From Camelus dromedarius (lineage: Eukaryota): a DNA stretch of 64,000 bases. How positions within the stretch are numbered: the first letter of the stretch is position 1; every line of letters begins with the position of its first letter. The notes beneath the pieces were generated by a model. It did no database searches, was not told the origin of the DNA, and saw only the letters and a list, made by a program, of their open reading frames with translations. Where the stretch lies: NCBI RefSeq assembly GCF_036321535.1, contig NC_087436.1, positions 48,486,001-48,550,000 of the forward strand. Direction: 5' to 3'. The position numbers and the translations under genes are program-made. This document shows, piece after piece, positions 10,901 through 25,012 of this stretch.

Positions 10901-13529
10901 GCAGTCATGCAACTAGTTCACCAAAATGCTATTCAGGCTAAGAATGGGGGGACTATCCTTGGCTTTTTGTCTTTTTCTCTCAAAACAGATTTTTGCCCTG
11001 ACAGAGCAGGCTATTTTTGCTTATTCTTAATCTTATGATAGTATTTCCCTAAAGACTTTTTGAGGAATGTTAAAAACTGTGAGATAATATTTTTGTTTAG
11101 TTTGGCACATAAGTAATTATTGTCTATGGTGTCAAAAGCAGGTAACATGTCAAAACCTCTATCAAAAATTTATTAACAGAAACTGACTTTAACAGACACT
11201 AATTAAGACAATAGTCAGTAGCGTTTAGTTATAACTTTTCCTTTTGTCTTTTAAATATAAGTGTTAAAAATATGTCAATAATTAATGGGCAGAAATTTTC
11301 AGAAGCTTTTTATCTAAATGAGCTCTCTGTACATTTTTAAATAGGATATACTATACATTTGGTATATACTGAGGAAATGATATGTATGTATATGGAGTTA
11401 AATAAGTTAACATTAACAGCACTTTTAAGAGCTTTGGGACATTATTTAAGTGGGGAACTTTAAAATTTAAAACATTTAATCATATTAATAAACAGAAGGA
11501 ATAGAAAAAGGAAGAGACACTATGTATTAAACACATATCATATTCTAGTTACTTTGCTATGTGCTTTTCATATGTAACTTTAAAGTTATTAGGCCTAATT
11601 AGTGAATGATCTAAGGTTTACAGAATAAGTGTCTACTAAAGTCAGGAACCATGACCACAGTATAGCACAAGAAGTGAACTGTGCCTCTAAAAGGCCTCAT
11701 CTCACAGTGGCATTTCTTAGAGCAACAGTACTCCAGTATCTGCCTTTGTGACAGGTGCTGTTCAAAAAGCACAGTCTTTTGAGAGAATGAGCTGCTTTAA
11801 ATTTCTGAGTGCAGTGAGTCCTATCCACTAATTATCAGACTATCTTAATGGCTCTGTGGGGATTTCTTTATTATCTGGCATTTTTATAAAGCTGGAAACC
11901 AGAGAACCGAATCCTTTCTCTTTGACAGCCAAAGAAGCAAGCAAAACTGGTTTCATTATGACAAAAATCTGTTGGTATACTCATGGCAAAATGGGTTCTC
12001 TTATAAGATAGAGTGGAGAAATGAAAACTGCATATACAACAAAAGAATATACATGGGGTTCATGATTTCTTATTCTATCTTGGCCTTCTCAGCCATATAT
12101 TTCAATTACTTTCTTTCTTATAGGAGCACGATGATGTAGTTTACATCATACACCTCTTGTAAATATTCAAAAATGCTATATTGTAATTGTTTATTACATT
12201 CATAATCCATGATGATCTCCTCTTATGAGTAAAGGCTTTTTCTTACTCTCTCTTCTAAAGCATACTGAAATGAATGTGATCTCCCTTGCATCATTGTATT
12301 ATGATACTGTGATTCTAGCTGAAGGTTAAGAGAAATAGAGCTGACTCATTCAGGTGACCTGGCTAAGGAAGCAGGAGCTATGTGGATAAGCAATGCTCCC
12401 TAGATTCTACATTAGGTTTGAGGACAAAGCCCTGGCTATTAAAGTGTTATGTCGTCTTGTTCTGCTTTCTCTATGATGTCTCATAGGAATTTTACAAGGC
12501 CAATAAAATAATTAAGAATAAATTTTGATTATTTTTGGATTCTTTAATCAAAATAGGATTACTGTATCACCTCAACTTCTATTAAATAGAATAGGAAATT
12601 TTCATCAATCATATTTCTTCTAATTTGCTTAAGACAGACCAACACAGCATTGAACTGAACATTTCATTTTGACAAACTTTTGTTTGTAGTATGCTATCAT
12701 GCAGACATTTTACTGCACAAGTGCATAAAAGGCAGGCCATCTCCTATTCACTGTCATGATGGTTTGTGTTTAAGGTGAAAGATTGCCTTAAAAATGTAAA
12801 CTGTTGGTCCACACAAACAATGTGAATTAGTCTCAAATAAAAATCCTGAATAGTAGCAGAAATATGTTCAGTATTTGTTCACACAGTAATGTGTAAAGAA
12901 ATTTAAGTTTAATTAAAAAAAAAACTCTGGAATGAACTAGAGTACAGATCCAACCAAATATGAACCATCATCAGTTCTATCTATCTTAGAGAAAAGTAAC
13001 AGCTTTATGTCATCCAAAATGCTGCCAGGTCATGGGAAGTGGAACTTATTACCCAGTGTGTTTGCACTGCCAGTATCAGTAACTCTGGTGTAAGAAATAT
13101 TTGTGGAGTTTGCATGCAAGGATAGTAAAGCTTCTTGGGAGAAGAAAACCTTGATGGCTCAGAAATGTACCCAACTCACTCTGAGATTTTTCAATCCTGC
13201 TTAACAAATGGTGGTTTTATTCTCACAGAGAAAAAAGAAAATCATTCTTCTGATTTCATTGTGTCATGAAAATAATTGGAGAGTCTAGTTTAGTCTTTGT
13301 TAATATTTTATAGAAATATGTGCATATGTAATAGTGACAAAATGGTACTATGTAGTTTCTTATAAAGACCCTGGGGTTTTTTTGGTTTTTCTGTTTTTTT
13401 TGTTTGTTTGTTTGTTTTTGTTTTTGAGGAAGACTTAGACTCTTTGTTTTGTTTTGCTTTTAAGATGGTCAGCATTCTATGTAGGGCCAATAATGGCTCA
13501 TTGGTCTACATATAGCCCTGTTTGGTGTT

Positions 13530-13655
13530 ATATTTCCCACTTTATAAATTTGCAAACTGAGGCAGAGTGAAATTGGAACATTCTCCAAGCATAGCAAATC
13601 AGTGACAGAGTCTCCTGGCTTTACATCTGAACCTCAAACCACTAGACTATGCTTT
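13530..13655 (-). mobile_element. MIR SINE fragment
   Basis: cccactttata...aaactgaggcagag core motif. Confidence 0.5.
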
Positions 13656-14802
13656 CCATATGTATTTTGATCTTATCAAATTAATTTTCTGCTGAGAAAG
13701 GAAAGTTATATAGTATTCAAGTTGGAAAGTTAATTTCCCAATTTATTGTATCCCATTGAGAATTAATCACATTCCAAATTTAGAGCTTTCAACTTTGGTT
13801 TTTTTTGGAGTGAGAGTTGAATTGTGAAATATGTCTAGTCTCACAACTTATGAACAACTTATGGACAGATGGACTGATTTTTTCTTTTAGACCTATCACA
13901 AAATAATCTTTAAGTAAGCAGTTAATCATTGTGACTTCCTTTTCAAAACATCTGAATCTGAGGCAAATTAATTCTTAAATTTAGTATAGATAGATATCCT
14001 TTTAGGCTAAAACACGTGTGCCAGTAATGAAATGAGTTATTTCCTTTTTCAATTCCAAAAGCTTTCCTGTTTTCTTTTTCCTTTAGAAAAAATTTCTCTG
14101 ATATTAAATATTGTGATATTTTTAACAAAGTATCAAAAGGCAAAGAGCCTTAAGGACATTAACTCCCACTGAAAATACTCCCCTCCAAATTCTGTATTTA
14201 TAAACCAGTGAATCATTAAAAGTTCTGTATTAGTTGAACTCTTTTGTCTTGAAGTTACAGAAGTAGAGTTACGTTAAAGATAACACAGAGTTGTACAGTT
14301 GTTTTGTTATCTGAATGTTAATCATTAGTATTTTATTTTCCCTTTCCATTTCTTAAATCACACAGTAGCTAGCTGTATTTTATCTGTGTTTCCTTGTTCT
14401 TAACATTTTACCTCAGGCTGATACCAAGTAAAGAGAGTTTTAGACCAAAAGGAAAATTTCTGTGGGAGTGATCAGGTTTTATAAGGTGGAAGAACATCTT
14501 GAACTCATAGAATCCAGAAGTGTGTTTCCTCCTTTGGCTTGCTGACTATAAGGATATTTTGGCTTGTGGAAGGGCCCTTAGAAATATCATGGATTATGGA
14601 TCTGAGGAAATAACATGTGTGGTTTTAGTTACCACCTATATATGAATTACTTCCAAATCTATCTCAGCAACCCTGACCTTTTATTCTCTTTCTTGAGACT
14701 CTATTTCTTGCAATCTGAATAACGTCTCTTCTTGGAAACTTTGCAAATATTGAAAAGAACTGGTGGTTTGAGGCTGATAGGAATTTCTCCTCATTTTAAT
14801 TT

Positions 14803-15419
14803 GTTTTTCAACATTTTTATTGGGGTATAATTGATATACAAGAAAACTGCAAATATTTAACGTATGCATTTAGTAAGTTTAGACATTGCATGTACCCATG
14901 AAACCATCACCACAATCAAGGGAATAGGCATATCCATCATCTCCAAAAGTTTCCTTGAATCCTTTTTATTTTTGTGTGTGATAAAAACACTTAACATGAG
15001 ATCTACCCCTCTTAACAATTTTTAAATTATGCAATACAGTATTGTTAACCATAGGCACAATGTTGTTCAGCAGATCTCTAGAACTTAATCATCTTGCATA
15101 ACTGAAACTTTATACCAGTTGAACAACTCCGATTTTCTTCTCTCCCCAGCCCCTGGTAACTACAGTTCTGTTCTCTGCTTCTATAAGTTTGACTGTTTTA
15201 AATACCTCATATGAATGGAATCATACAGTGTTTGTCCTTCTGTGTCTGGTTTATTTCACTTAGCATAATGACCAACAGGTTCATCTATGTTGTCACAAAT
15301 AGCAGGACTTTCTTTGGTTTCTTAAGGCTAAATAGTATTCTGAGTAATATACACACATACACACACACACATATACCCCTCATTTTCTTTCTTCATCCAT
15401 TGATGAACATTTGGGTTGT
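14803..15419 (-). mobile_element. L1MA/L1MB-type 3' end
   Basis: tttattggggtataattgatatac ... gaaaccatcaccacaatcaagg ... cagatctctagaactt ... tttatttcacttagcataatg. Confidence 0.85.
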
Positions 15420-15528
15420 AAAAGAGAATCTTTTGGTATGTCTTAAATCTGACAGAATTAGTCCCCTTTGTTGACTTTTTTCCAGTGTTTTCTTATGTAT
15501 TTTTGTATATTTATTATTCTTACCATAC

Positions 15529-15700
15529 ACACACAAAAAGGACATAAGGAAACTTGAAGGTGATGGATATGTCTGTTACCTTGATTTTAGTGGTGGTTTC
15601 CTGAGAGTATGCATATGTCCAAACTCATCAAATTTTATGTTAAATATGTGCAGTTTTTTGTATATCAATTATACCTCAATAAAACTTTAAAAATAATAAA
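15529..15700 (+). mobile_element. L1MA/L1MB-type 3' end (short)
   Basis: ggtgatggatatgtctgttaccttgatt ... gtatatcaattatacctcaataaa followed by an A-rich tail. Confidence 0.8.
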
Positions 15701-18507
15701 AATTCCTGAAAGATGCTTAAGTGGACTTGAGCAAACAGAAACACATCCTTTTCTCTTGTGTAGAAGAACTCGAATTCATAAAGGTGTTGTTTCCCCTAGA
15801 TAATATGCAGATTTAATATGAACCCAACTCAAATACCAGATACTAACAAGTGTTTATTTGTTTTTTTTGCACTAGAAAAATATTAGGAATCTGTCTTAAC
15901 AACTCAGTCTAAGTTTTAGTTTTAGTCAGATATTAATAAGATTATCATATTACTCACCATACGGTGGTGCATTCTTCTTTCAGTAAATAAAAGACTAGAA
16001 AGAGAAGAGTATTTTCAGCAAGTGAGGACTTTGGCGGGGGGGATAGCCATTGTGTTAACCTAAGCAGTTTTTTTTTCAATAAACTGAAGGATTATATGCT
16101 CTCTTATAAATGAAGTTAATACTGTTGCTCCATTGCTAGTATAATACACATTTCTGAGCTATTATTTCCTTAATGTTGATTAATTTAATCTTATTATCTG
16201 CACCCTTTTGCACCATGAATGGATATCACTGTGTACACTTACTGAACACCTATTATTTGATACATATTTGTTGAATACCTATCTTATAGGTACTATGATA
16301 GGCATAGGGATTCCATGTTGAATAAGCTTCAAGGTACTCAAGTACCACAGCCTCAAGGTACAGTGAGAGAGACAAACCTATACAGAAATTATTACCATGC
16401 GATTAATAAGCCTGCAGCTATGTACTGTCAATATAGAGGCATGCGGTCCTACCAGGGGTAGAGCCATTGGAAGAGAAGCCATTAAGGATCCTGGAAAAAA
16501 AACATTACTGAAGTGATAAAATAGATCTAGAATAAAGAAAGATGTCAAAAAAAAAAAAAAAGAGGCAGCTTGAGGTAACAGAAGAGGCTTAGAGAACAGG
16601 AGTCTCAAGTTCTCAGTGAGATTAGATAGCAGATCCTCAGGAGTGGGAAACAGAGAAGCATAGGAGACTGTAGCTGAAAATCAAGATGACTTGAGTGAGC
16701 AGAGGTTGAGCAATGTCTTGTGGCAAACTATCTGTATTTCAGGATATTGGCTGCAGTTTGATGAAATCTGTGGCAAGGAGCATGTGAAGCTAACGATATC
16801 TTGTAGATATTAAAGCCATGATCTTGGCCTCAGTATGTTTTAATCAACTAAGCTAAACTGCTACAGATAAATGAATCAGAAGCACACAGTGTAAATTTTC
16901 TTTGAAATACATCTGGAAAGGGATAAACAAAAAATACTTGGTATTATCCTAACCTAATAGATTTGAAATTCATTAAGCCATGTTCAAAATCCAAATACAA
17001 ACAAGATGACTCATGCCTAGAAATTGTCAACATTTGTTTTTGGTGGTGATGGTGGTGGTGGTGGTGGTAGTAATGTTTTTCTTCTCTTTTAATTTTTAAT
17101 CATCTGCTTTCCCAAGATTTATGATTTTTGTTCTCCCCAATGTAATAAATTCTGTTTTCTTTTCCTCTTAAAGCAGAGGAAAAGGGTAATTAATTATCAT
17201 CTTCTAACTTAATTATTGAATTATAATTATATCAAATTTTTGTTGAATTCAACTTATTAAAATTATCAGTTTATGAATCTGTATTTTCAACTATATTGTA
17301 GGCTTCTTGATTTTAGAGATCAATTCTTCTTGGTTTCCATGAAGCCTAACAATACAGGGACCTGAAAACATGCAGGTATCAAGCAGCTCATAGCCACTTA
17401 ATTGATGAGTTTAAATATAAATGAAAGTATCTCAAAACCTTGCTTTATCAGAAATTATTAGTTGTATTGTTTTAGAAAGCTACTTTGGTCATGTCTATGT
17501 GTTTATAATCACCAAGAGTTCTTAGGCTCATTAAGCTTTTCAGAGTGTCAGGCACAATGGTAACAAAGTAAATGCTACCTTCCCAGTCTATGGGAGTAAC
17601 AGTAGTAATTAGTAATTTCAAAAGAGAATGTTTTCTGACTTGGAGTTTAATTTATATTTTCCAGGTTAGTGATGGATTTCTCTATTAACAAGATTCTGAC
17701 TTGGAAATTGTGTAGAATAAAATCCTGTGGTCCCTTCCAACTTTTTTTTTAAATTGTGTTTATCCCATTCTCTTTATCCTAGCTCTCCTTCTCAAGTCCA
17801 TATTCAATTAAACTGTAACATACTATTGTTGGGCATATGATTTTTCCCTTTTTGTTGCATCATAATTACATTAGCTACTTCAAAATAATTTTTAAAAAGA
17901 TTTCATAATCTAAGTTCTTGACAGTATTAAATATAGCTTTAAAAACAAACAAGTATACAAAATTCCATAAATACTGATTGTTTTTTTCTTCTCATTATAG
18001 AAAATAACATTATATTTTCTCTCCTTTCTACCTTGTATTTTAAAATAAATTAAAAAATTAAATCTTAAGAGCACAAAAGGGCAGAAAAGCAAATCTGATT
18101 TACTGTCTGATTTAAACTGAAGAGTACTGAGTTTCTTAAATGTAATTCACATATAGTGTCAAGTAATGGCTAAGAAAAGGTATATCATGAGCTTCAGCTT
18201 TATATGTTTGAATTTAAAAAAATTCTTTCAGTGTAAATGCTCATTAGCTCAATAATAGCAAGAATGTGTTTTTTGATGTGCAAATATTTTCCAATTATAC
18301 CTTATAATCAATTAGCAAGAGCAAGTAGAGAAAGTAGAAGATGCAGTCTTCTGTTTTCATCTGTTTGAGAACTTATTTATGGAAAAGTCATTTTAAAGGT
18401 TTGGTTTTAGTTTCATGAGAGACAGCTTGTTGAAATAGTGTGCAACTGAGGTCCTCTAGTGTCACAATTGAATACAGCATCAGCTTTAAAAGATTTTGTG
18501 AAAAGAG

Positions 18508-18575
18508 TGTGTGTGTGAAAAAGAGACAGAGACAGAGACACAGAAAGAGAGAGATACAGAGAGAAGACAAGAGAG
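18508..18575. repeat. (GT)n / (GA,GACA)n compound microsatellite
   Basis: Directly visible. Confidence 0.85.
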
Positions 18576-18899
18576 ATTTACTCATGAGCAAATGAGCTTA
18601 TGTTTTATTTGCTAGTTAATCTTAAGTTTTTAAGAGAGGAGGAATTTGAATTCTTTCATGGACACTTACATGTCAGTGCTATTGTAGTTATTTTAAAATT
18701 TAGATCTTTCCCTTTACATAGTTGGTTTATCTTTTGCAGATATTAATGAAAACTTTATTTATAAATTATACTTGTTTCACACATTTCTAATTTGCTCAAG
18801 ACTGGCTATTGTGGCATTTTCATATGGAAGGAACTATTTGATAAAGAGAAATAGTTTACAGATCACTGTAAATAAGCATTCTTTATAAATAGTAACTTT

Positions 18900-20150
18900 T
18901 ATTGTTTCTTTTTTACACACTTCATGGAGAATATTCACTTATTGCTTTATTAAAATATGACAGCCAGGAACTACCAGACACTTGAGGGAAAAAACAGTTT
19001 GAGAGAGCCAAAGGAGAAAAAAAAAAACTTACCCCAGAGGAAATGAAGATAACATATATTTTTTCAATTGTACATATACATGTATACTTCTTTTTATTAT
19101 TATTTATTATAATAGCATATAACATATTATATAGTAATATATAACATAAATATATATTTTACATGTATAATAATATATTAAATATATAATCTAACATAAT
19201 TGTTATATTTATTAATATATAACATAGTTTTATATATTATATAGTATACTAATATATAATATATGGTATAGTAATATTTAATATTGTTTATATATTTAAT
19301 ATACATATATTAAATTATATGTAATTGAGTCATTTTGCTGTACACCTGAAACTAACACAACATTGTAAATCAACTATACTTCAATTTTAAAAGATAACAT
19401 ACTTTTTTGTTTCCTGAATTAAAAGAATTCTGATAATTGTCTTTAGAGAGACTCAAAAGAATAATGTATTCATAACCAAAGAACAGGATCTATTGAAAAG
19501 GAACAGCTAGAGAACAGAACAGGAAATTTTGTAATTATCTCTATTCTTGGAAATTAAATAATAGAATAGAGCCAAGGCCGTGTTCATAGGAAATGAAAAG
19601 AAAGTTGATATAGAGAATAAATCCAATTTTCATCTGTCCCCTAAGAGTTCCAACTAAAAGATACAGTAGAAGGAGATAATAATCAAAGACATAATAAATC
19701 AACTTTTCCTTGTTAATGTTTTTGTGTTAATGGAACATGTGAGTCTTCAGATTAAAAGGGCACACCTGCTACTTACAAGCACAAATTCTCAAATGCCCAC
19801 ACTCTAGACATACTAGGCTAAAATTTTGTTAAGACTAAGGATAAAGTGAAAAAGAACCCTGCAAGCTTCCAGAAAGGAATAACAGGATATCTACAACAAA
19901 ATTAGAATCAGACTGATATTAGACTTCTCACAATTAATGAAGAACACTTGAAGGCCACAGAGAAATTCTAAGTTTAAAGACAAGAATAACACATTTAAGA
20001 CATGCCATGGTTTAAAATGTCTACTCCTCCTACCCTTATGAAAATTTTTCTCATGAATGTATTGTAGCTAAATAAAAAAGAAACACAAAAAGAATAATAT
20101 GAGGTATAAAAAATGATGGTAGCTAATGATGATCTTCATGAATAGTTATA
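18900..20150 (+). mobile_element. Old L1 ORF1-like / HAL1-like fragment, interrupted by a younger L1 end
   Basis: gagtcttcagattaaaagggcacac ... agaatcagactgatattagacttctca are ORF1-like segments; degenerate. Confidence 0.55.
19057..19390 (+). mobile_element. Short L1 3'-end insertion with AT-rich expansion and 11-bp TSD
   Basis: gctgtacacctgaaactaacacaacattgtaaatcaactatacttcaat is an L1 terminus; aagataacata occurs at 19046-19056 and 19391-19401. Confidence 0.75.
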
Positions 20151-20294
20151 ATTACAAAATTACGGTAGCCATTAAATCCTGATGGTAGACATTTTCTCTT
20201 GAGAGCTAGGGGTTAAGTGGCTTAGATTAGTATTTCCTTCTCTACTTAATTCAACAGTGAATTTTTACTAAATTTAATACAGCAATGTACCAAT

Positions 20295-20730
20295 CACTTC
20301 CCATCTGTCTCAGAGTAAAAGCAAAGGCTTTACAGTGGACTAGATGGCCCTACATGATCTGGCTTCTTGCTCTCTCTGTGACCTCATCTCCTACCAACCT
20401 TACCCTTTGCTCATTCTACTGCATGCACAGTGGCTTCACTGCGTTTTTGTCTTTGATTTAACTGCTGTACATTCACCCGGTTCAGGACTTTTACTGTGCC
20501 CTCTGAATCACACGTTTCCCCGAGAGGTGCATGGGGTTTTTTTCCACTTCCTTTAACTTTTTGCACAAATGTCACCTCAGTGAGGCCAGGCTTTCCTTGC
20601 TTGTACTATATATATATAATAGCAACCTGGTACCCCACATTCTCTCTTCTCTTCCCTAATTTTTCTCATTAGAGCTTAATTGCTGTATAGTCATATTATA
20701 AGTTTACTTGTTTATTTGCTTAGTCTTCAG
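20295..20730 (+). mobile_element. L2 LINE fragment
   Basis: ggccctacatgatctggct ... tgacctcatctcctacc ... aaatgtcacctcagtgagg. Confidence 0.75.
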
Positions 20731-21064
20731 GAAAGGAGTGAATGTTTCTTTTATCTCTTATAAAAATTTGATAATGTAAATATAGTATACATAATAAAAG
20801 TCAGAGAGTTGGAAAAGGGAAATGGGAAATATGTTAATTATATCATCTTGCATAGTGAAGAGTTAATTACATTAAGTAAAAGTCTAGCCACCAGAAGAAA
20901 ACAGAAACTGCTAATAGTGGTTACTTCTGGAAGGTCAGACTAGGATGGGAGGAGAGGGAGATTTTAACTTTTCATCTCTGAGTCTTTCTTATGGTTTAAT
21001 TTAGAGGAAGGAGTCATACAGTAATCATTATTTTAAAAAATTTTATTCAGCCTATTATTTAATG

Positions 21065-21590
21065 TCTGGTTTATTGAGATTAATTTACATACCTTAAAAT
21101 TTACCCTTTTTTACTGTGTACAGTTTAGTCAGTTTGACGAACTCAGTCCTGTTAACTATCACCAAAATTAAGAATAGAACAATCCTATCAGGCAAGTTTT
21201 TCCCATTCTCCTTTGTAGTCAGAACACTCCCTCCACCTAAGCCCATGGCAATCAGTGATCTGTTATTCCATCTTTTTACTTTTAATTTACATCTTTTGTT
21301 TAATGTGGGTTCCTTGTCACCTGAATACAATTGAGTCTTAATTCTTACCAATCTGGCAATTCTTATCTTTTAACTGGTGAGTTTGGAGCATTTATATTTA
21401 ATTTAATAATTGATATATCTGAATTAAAATTTGTTAATTAATTTCTAATTGTTTCATTTGTCCTTTGTTCTTTTTTCCTTTTATTCTGCCTGCTTTTAAG
21501 TTGACTACTTTTTTATAATTTCATCTTATTGTCACTGTTGGCTTGTTATTTATACTTTTTTATAAAAATTAATTTAGTGGTTACCAGAAG
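21065..21590 (-). mobile_element. Old L1 fragments (L1M)
   Basis: tttattgagattaatttacatac is an L1 3' end; followed by a tctttttacttttaat...ttttaactggtgagttt segment. Confidence 0.65.
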
Positions 21591-22352
21591 ATACTAATTT
21601 TTTTTAAGTGTAGTTTAAAATGTTAAAAAAAAAAAAAAGTAGAAAAGAGATCTATACCCAAAAGTTAATATTGGTGGTTGGGGGGATTGGGTTTGAATTA
21701 GTCTCCCTTACTTTTCTGTATATTCTTCCTAACTTCCTATATGAATGATGTTTTATTTTTTAAAAACTGCAGAGGAAGAAAGAGAGGAAAGTAGAGGGAG
21801 AAAGAGAAAGAAACTGGGGCTCCCTGTAGATGATGGCTTAAGAGAGAATAGGATTGGAAAGAGAAATGTGTGATAAATCATAAATTACTAGAGTTTGTTT
21901 TGTGGACTGATGTGGAAAGTAAGCTCGTGTCTATCTGCCATAAAATATATTGTAGCTCTTTTTCTTTTTAGGTATTTTGTCTGGAGCAAGATAGGTGGTT
22001 TTCATTGACTTAGTTCTGCCATATATTCTGAAACTGTCCTGATAATTTGGCAAAGCCAAACCTGCAGAAGGTCATTTGCACACCACCAAAATTAAACTCC
22101 CTTCCTAGAAGAACAAATGCTGCTATTAAATTAACCTTTAGGAAACTATAGGTTCTTTGTCAGATTAACTCTGTTGTAATCAGAAAATCAAAAATATGTG
22201 CAAGTAGATATTTTAGAAAATGTATAGCTTCTTTTTCTCTGAATAGAGGAGGAACAATAAAAATATAATTCTTTCAGTTTTATCACTGAACCTTGTTTTA
22301 TTCTGTAAAGCAGGTTCTATATCTGCTTTATAATTGATCTATTAATCTGTGA

Positions 22353-22511
<159 letters not shown>

Positions 22512-23968
22512 TAATTTCTTTTTTTATTTCAGGTTGGATGCTACTGAAATCAGATCCACTCTATTAATCAGAGGGACTATAAAATTAGAATATGTTTTAA
22601 TACTATTCATAATGAAAAGACTATATGAAATGTAATATAGTTGTGGTCAACAAAAAAAAGTAACTTTAAATTATATAAATCCATGTGTCTTTCATATGTG
22701 TTATTCTTTTTGTGTAAAACTCATTTTCTAATATCATGTTTTGTTTTTCCTTTCACACATTTTCTAAAAGATAAGCATTGTGGCTTCCCAGTCTACCCCT
22801 CTGAATTTCTTTTCATCTTAAGTAAGATTGTCTATTTACATAGAACATTTTTCTCATAGCACAACTGCAATGTATTTTCTCCATTTTATTCTTCTTTCCT
22901 ACTTCCTTCTTTCTATTTTATTTCTCACTTATCTTCTTTATTTACCAGCTGTTCATACATAGCTTCTTTTTTTTAATTGGAGTACTGCTTCTCTGCTTGG
23001 AAATCTTTTAAGGGATTAATAAAAAGCTAGTCAACCCTGCTAAGAGAATTATGGATAGCAGGGTGATACTTTTTCAGAAATAATCATAATTTTATTCTTT
23101 TTTATGAGCATATAAAATAACTATGAGGATTTTTTTCTGGAAAATTATTTTCTGTATTAGTGGTATTATTCTTTTTCTCTGATTGTCTTCCAGACTTTCA
23201 ATACACTCACCCTATAATATTAAAATATAAAGATAAAATGATTCTAATTAATTTCATGCTTATGGTAGTAAAGTATCTAACCAATCTGAATTGTTTTAGA
23301 ATATAAATGTCTTATAATGCTGGGAAATAGTGTTCTTGAGGAAAAGAAAACAAACCAATTTTACAATTGACTTAATTTTTTTAATTCTTAAAATCTAAAA
23401 GGAAAAAAACAGGAGATTTAAGAAATTTATAATTGTTTTTTATTAAGGGCCCCACTTGTGATAATTATGGTTATTCTCAAACAGTATAAAAAAGTGTTGG
23501 AAATTGAGCAGATTCACTAATGCCTTGCTGATTTGTGAACTGATCTTTTCAAGTTAAGAACGTCCACGTCAGGTTTAAATTATAACATTATGAATGGACT
23601 CAAATTCCTGGGAAAAAAACCCTTTTGTGAAAATTACCACAAAATATACTAAGCAAAGATTCAAGACAAATGAAACCATTTTTGATTTTTTAAGAAGCCT
23701 GGAAAAGACAAACAGCAAAAATTGTTTAATGTTAGTCATTTTGATATCTATATTATTATATATGTGTGTATATATATTTGTAATGAATATAAAGCATACT
23801 TCAAATACTGAGAGTTTTTAATAAAATTTTGATAAATTAAAATATAATTTTTTTCTTAGTGTATATGACTATATGATGGTTTCCTTACTTATAAAATATA
23901 TGTTCATAATTTTCCCTGCCAATAATACTAAAATGTTTTATAGTCAGTTTTTTTCTTTACTATTGTAG

Positions 23969-24042
23969 GGACATGTTAAACTGGCTAAATTTGGACTTTA
24001 CCACATGACAGCATATGGTGATGATGTTGATTTCCCAATTGG
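23969..24042 (+). CDS. TBCK: TBCK coding exon (74 nt)
   Basis: tattgtAG ... gg|GTaaga; GHVKLAKFGLYHMTAYGDDVDFPI(G); phase continues from the previous exon. Confidence 0.97.
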
Positions 24043-24674
24043 GTAAGAATATGTATGTTTTCTGAGTTCTGTCTTAAACTTTGTAATCTTTGATAAAGTA
24101 TGTATTTTGTTAATTATTACTTATATTACTTTTTCACACAAAACTAGCTCTTTTAAATTAAACATATCCTAAATTTCCACATATTTTTCAAAGAATAGAC
24201 AGTGAGTTTTTGCCAGCATACAAAAGTTCCCTGATGTTGACCTTTTTCACCTTTAATGTTTACTGGTTGATTTTATTTCATTCAGAACTAGATAAATATA
24301 AGTCAAGAAGTCTGCCCAGATTCTCACTTAGTGATAATGTGTGTTCCTCAAGACTGAAAAATTACTCTCGTATTATTCTCTAATGTTGCAAAGATTAATT
24401 CCCTGTTCTCTAAGATATTACTGTACATTAAGACTTAAATCAAATCATTGTAGATATCAGAGGTAATGGGGTAGATTCTATACCTGAAAATCTGTGTTTA
24501 ATTTTGGAGAGGTTTATTTGATCACTTCTCACATGGAATTCCAGATTTATGTTGGTCTCCAGAAAGGAATGAAAGTTGATTTCATCCTGTACTCAATTGT
24601 GTGCTTTTGATATAGATTTTTTATATATTTAGTAGTTGCTTTTTAAACATGTTAATAATATAATTCTTTAATAA

Positions 24675-25012
24675 GTGTTTAATTTTGACATTAACTTAGA
24701 TATATAGAAGTTACAAAATAGTACAAAGAATTCCTGTATAACCTTCATTCAAGATTCCTCAGAAATTGACATTTCCCTGCATTTGTCTCATCTCTTTCTT
24801 TTCTCTTACACATATGTGTGTATGTATAAATTTTTTTCTGAATCATTTAAGAGTTGTAATGTACATAATGGCCCTTTACCCCTAAATACTTCAGTTTATA
24901 TTTCCTAAAGAAAAGAATTTTCTTACAGAACCATGAAACAATTATCAAAACCAGGAAATTAAAATTGATATAATACTGTTATCTAGAGATCTTAAGCATC
25001 TTTTCCAATTAC
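24675..25012 (-). mobile_element. L1MC-type 3' end
   Basis: agaagttacaaaatagtacaaagaattcctgtata ... ccctaaatacttcagtttatatttcctaaag. Confidence 0.7.

Noticed and set aside
12340..12352. AP-1 motif TGACTCA (also near 17008)
   Set aside because: Single 7-mers occur by chance; there is no supporting evidence of enhancer function.
21955..22000. Strong acceptor-like tract ttttctttttAG suggesting a micro-exon
   Set aside because: Only weak donors follow and there is no coding similarity; such tracts are common in T-rich introns.
22515..22535. Acceptor-like tttttttatttcAG just after the first exon
   Set aside because: It would define an intron of about 45 nt, too short for normal splicing.
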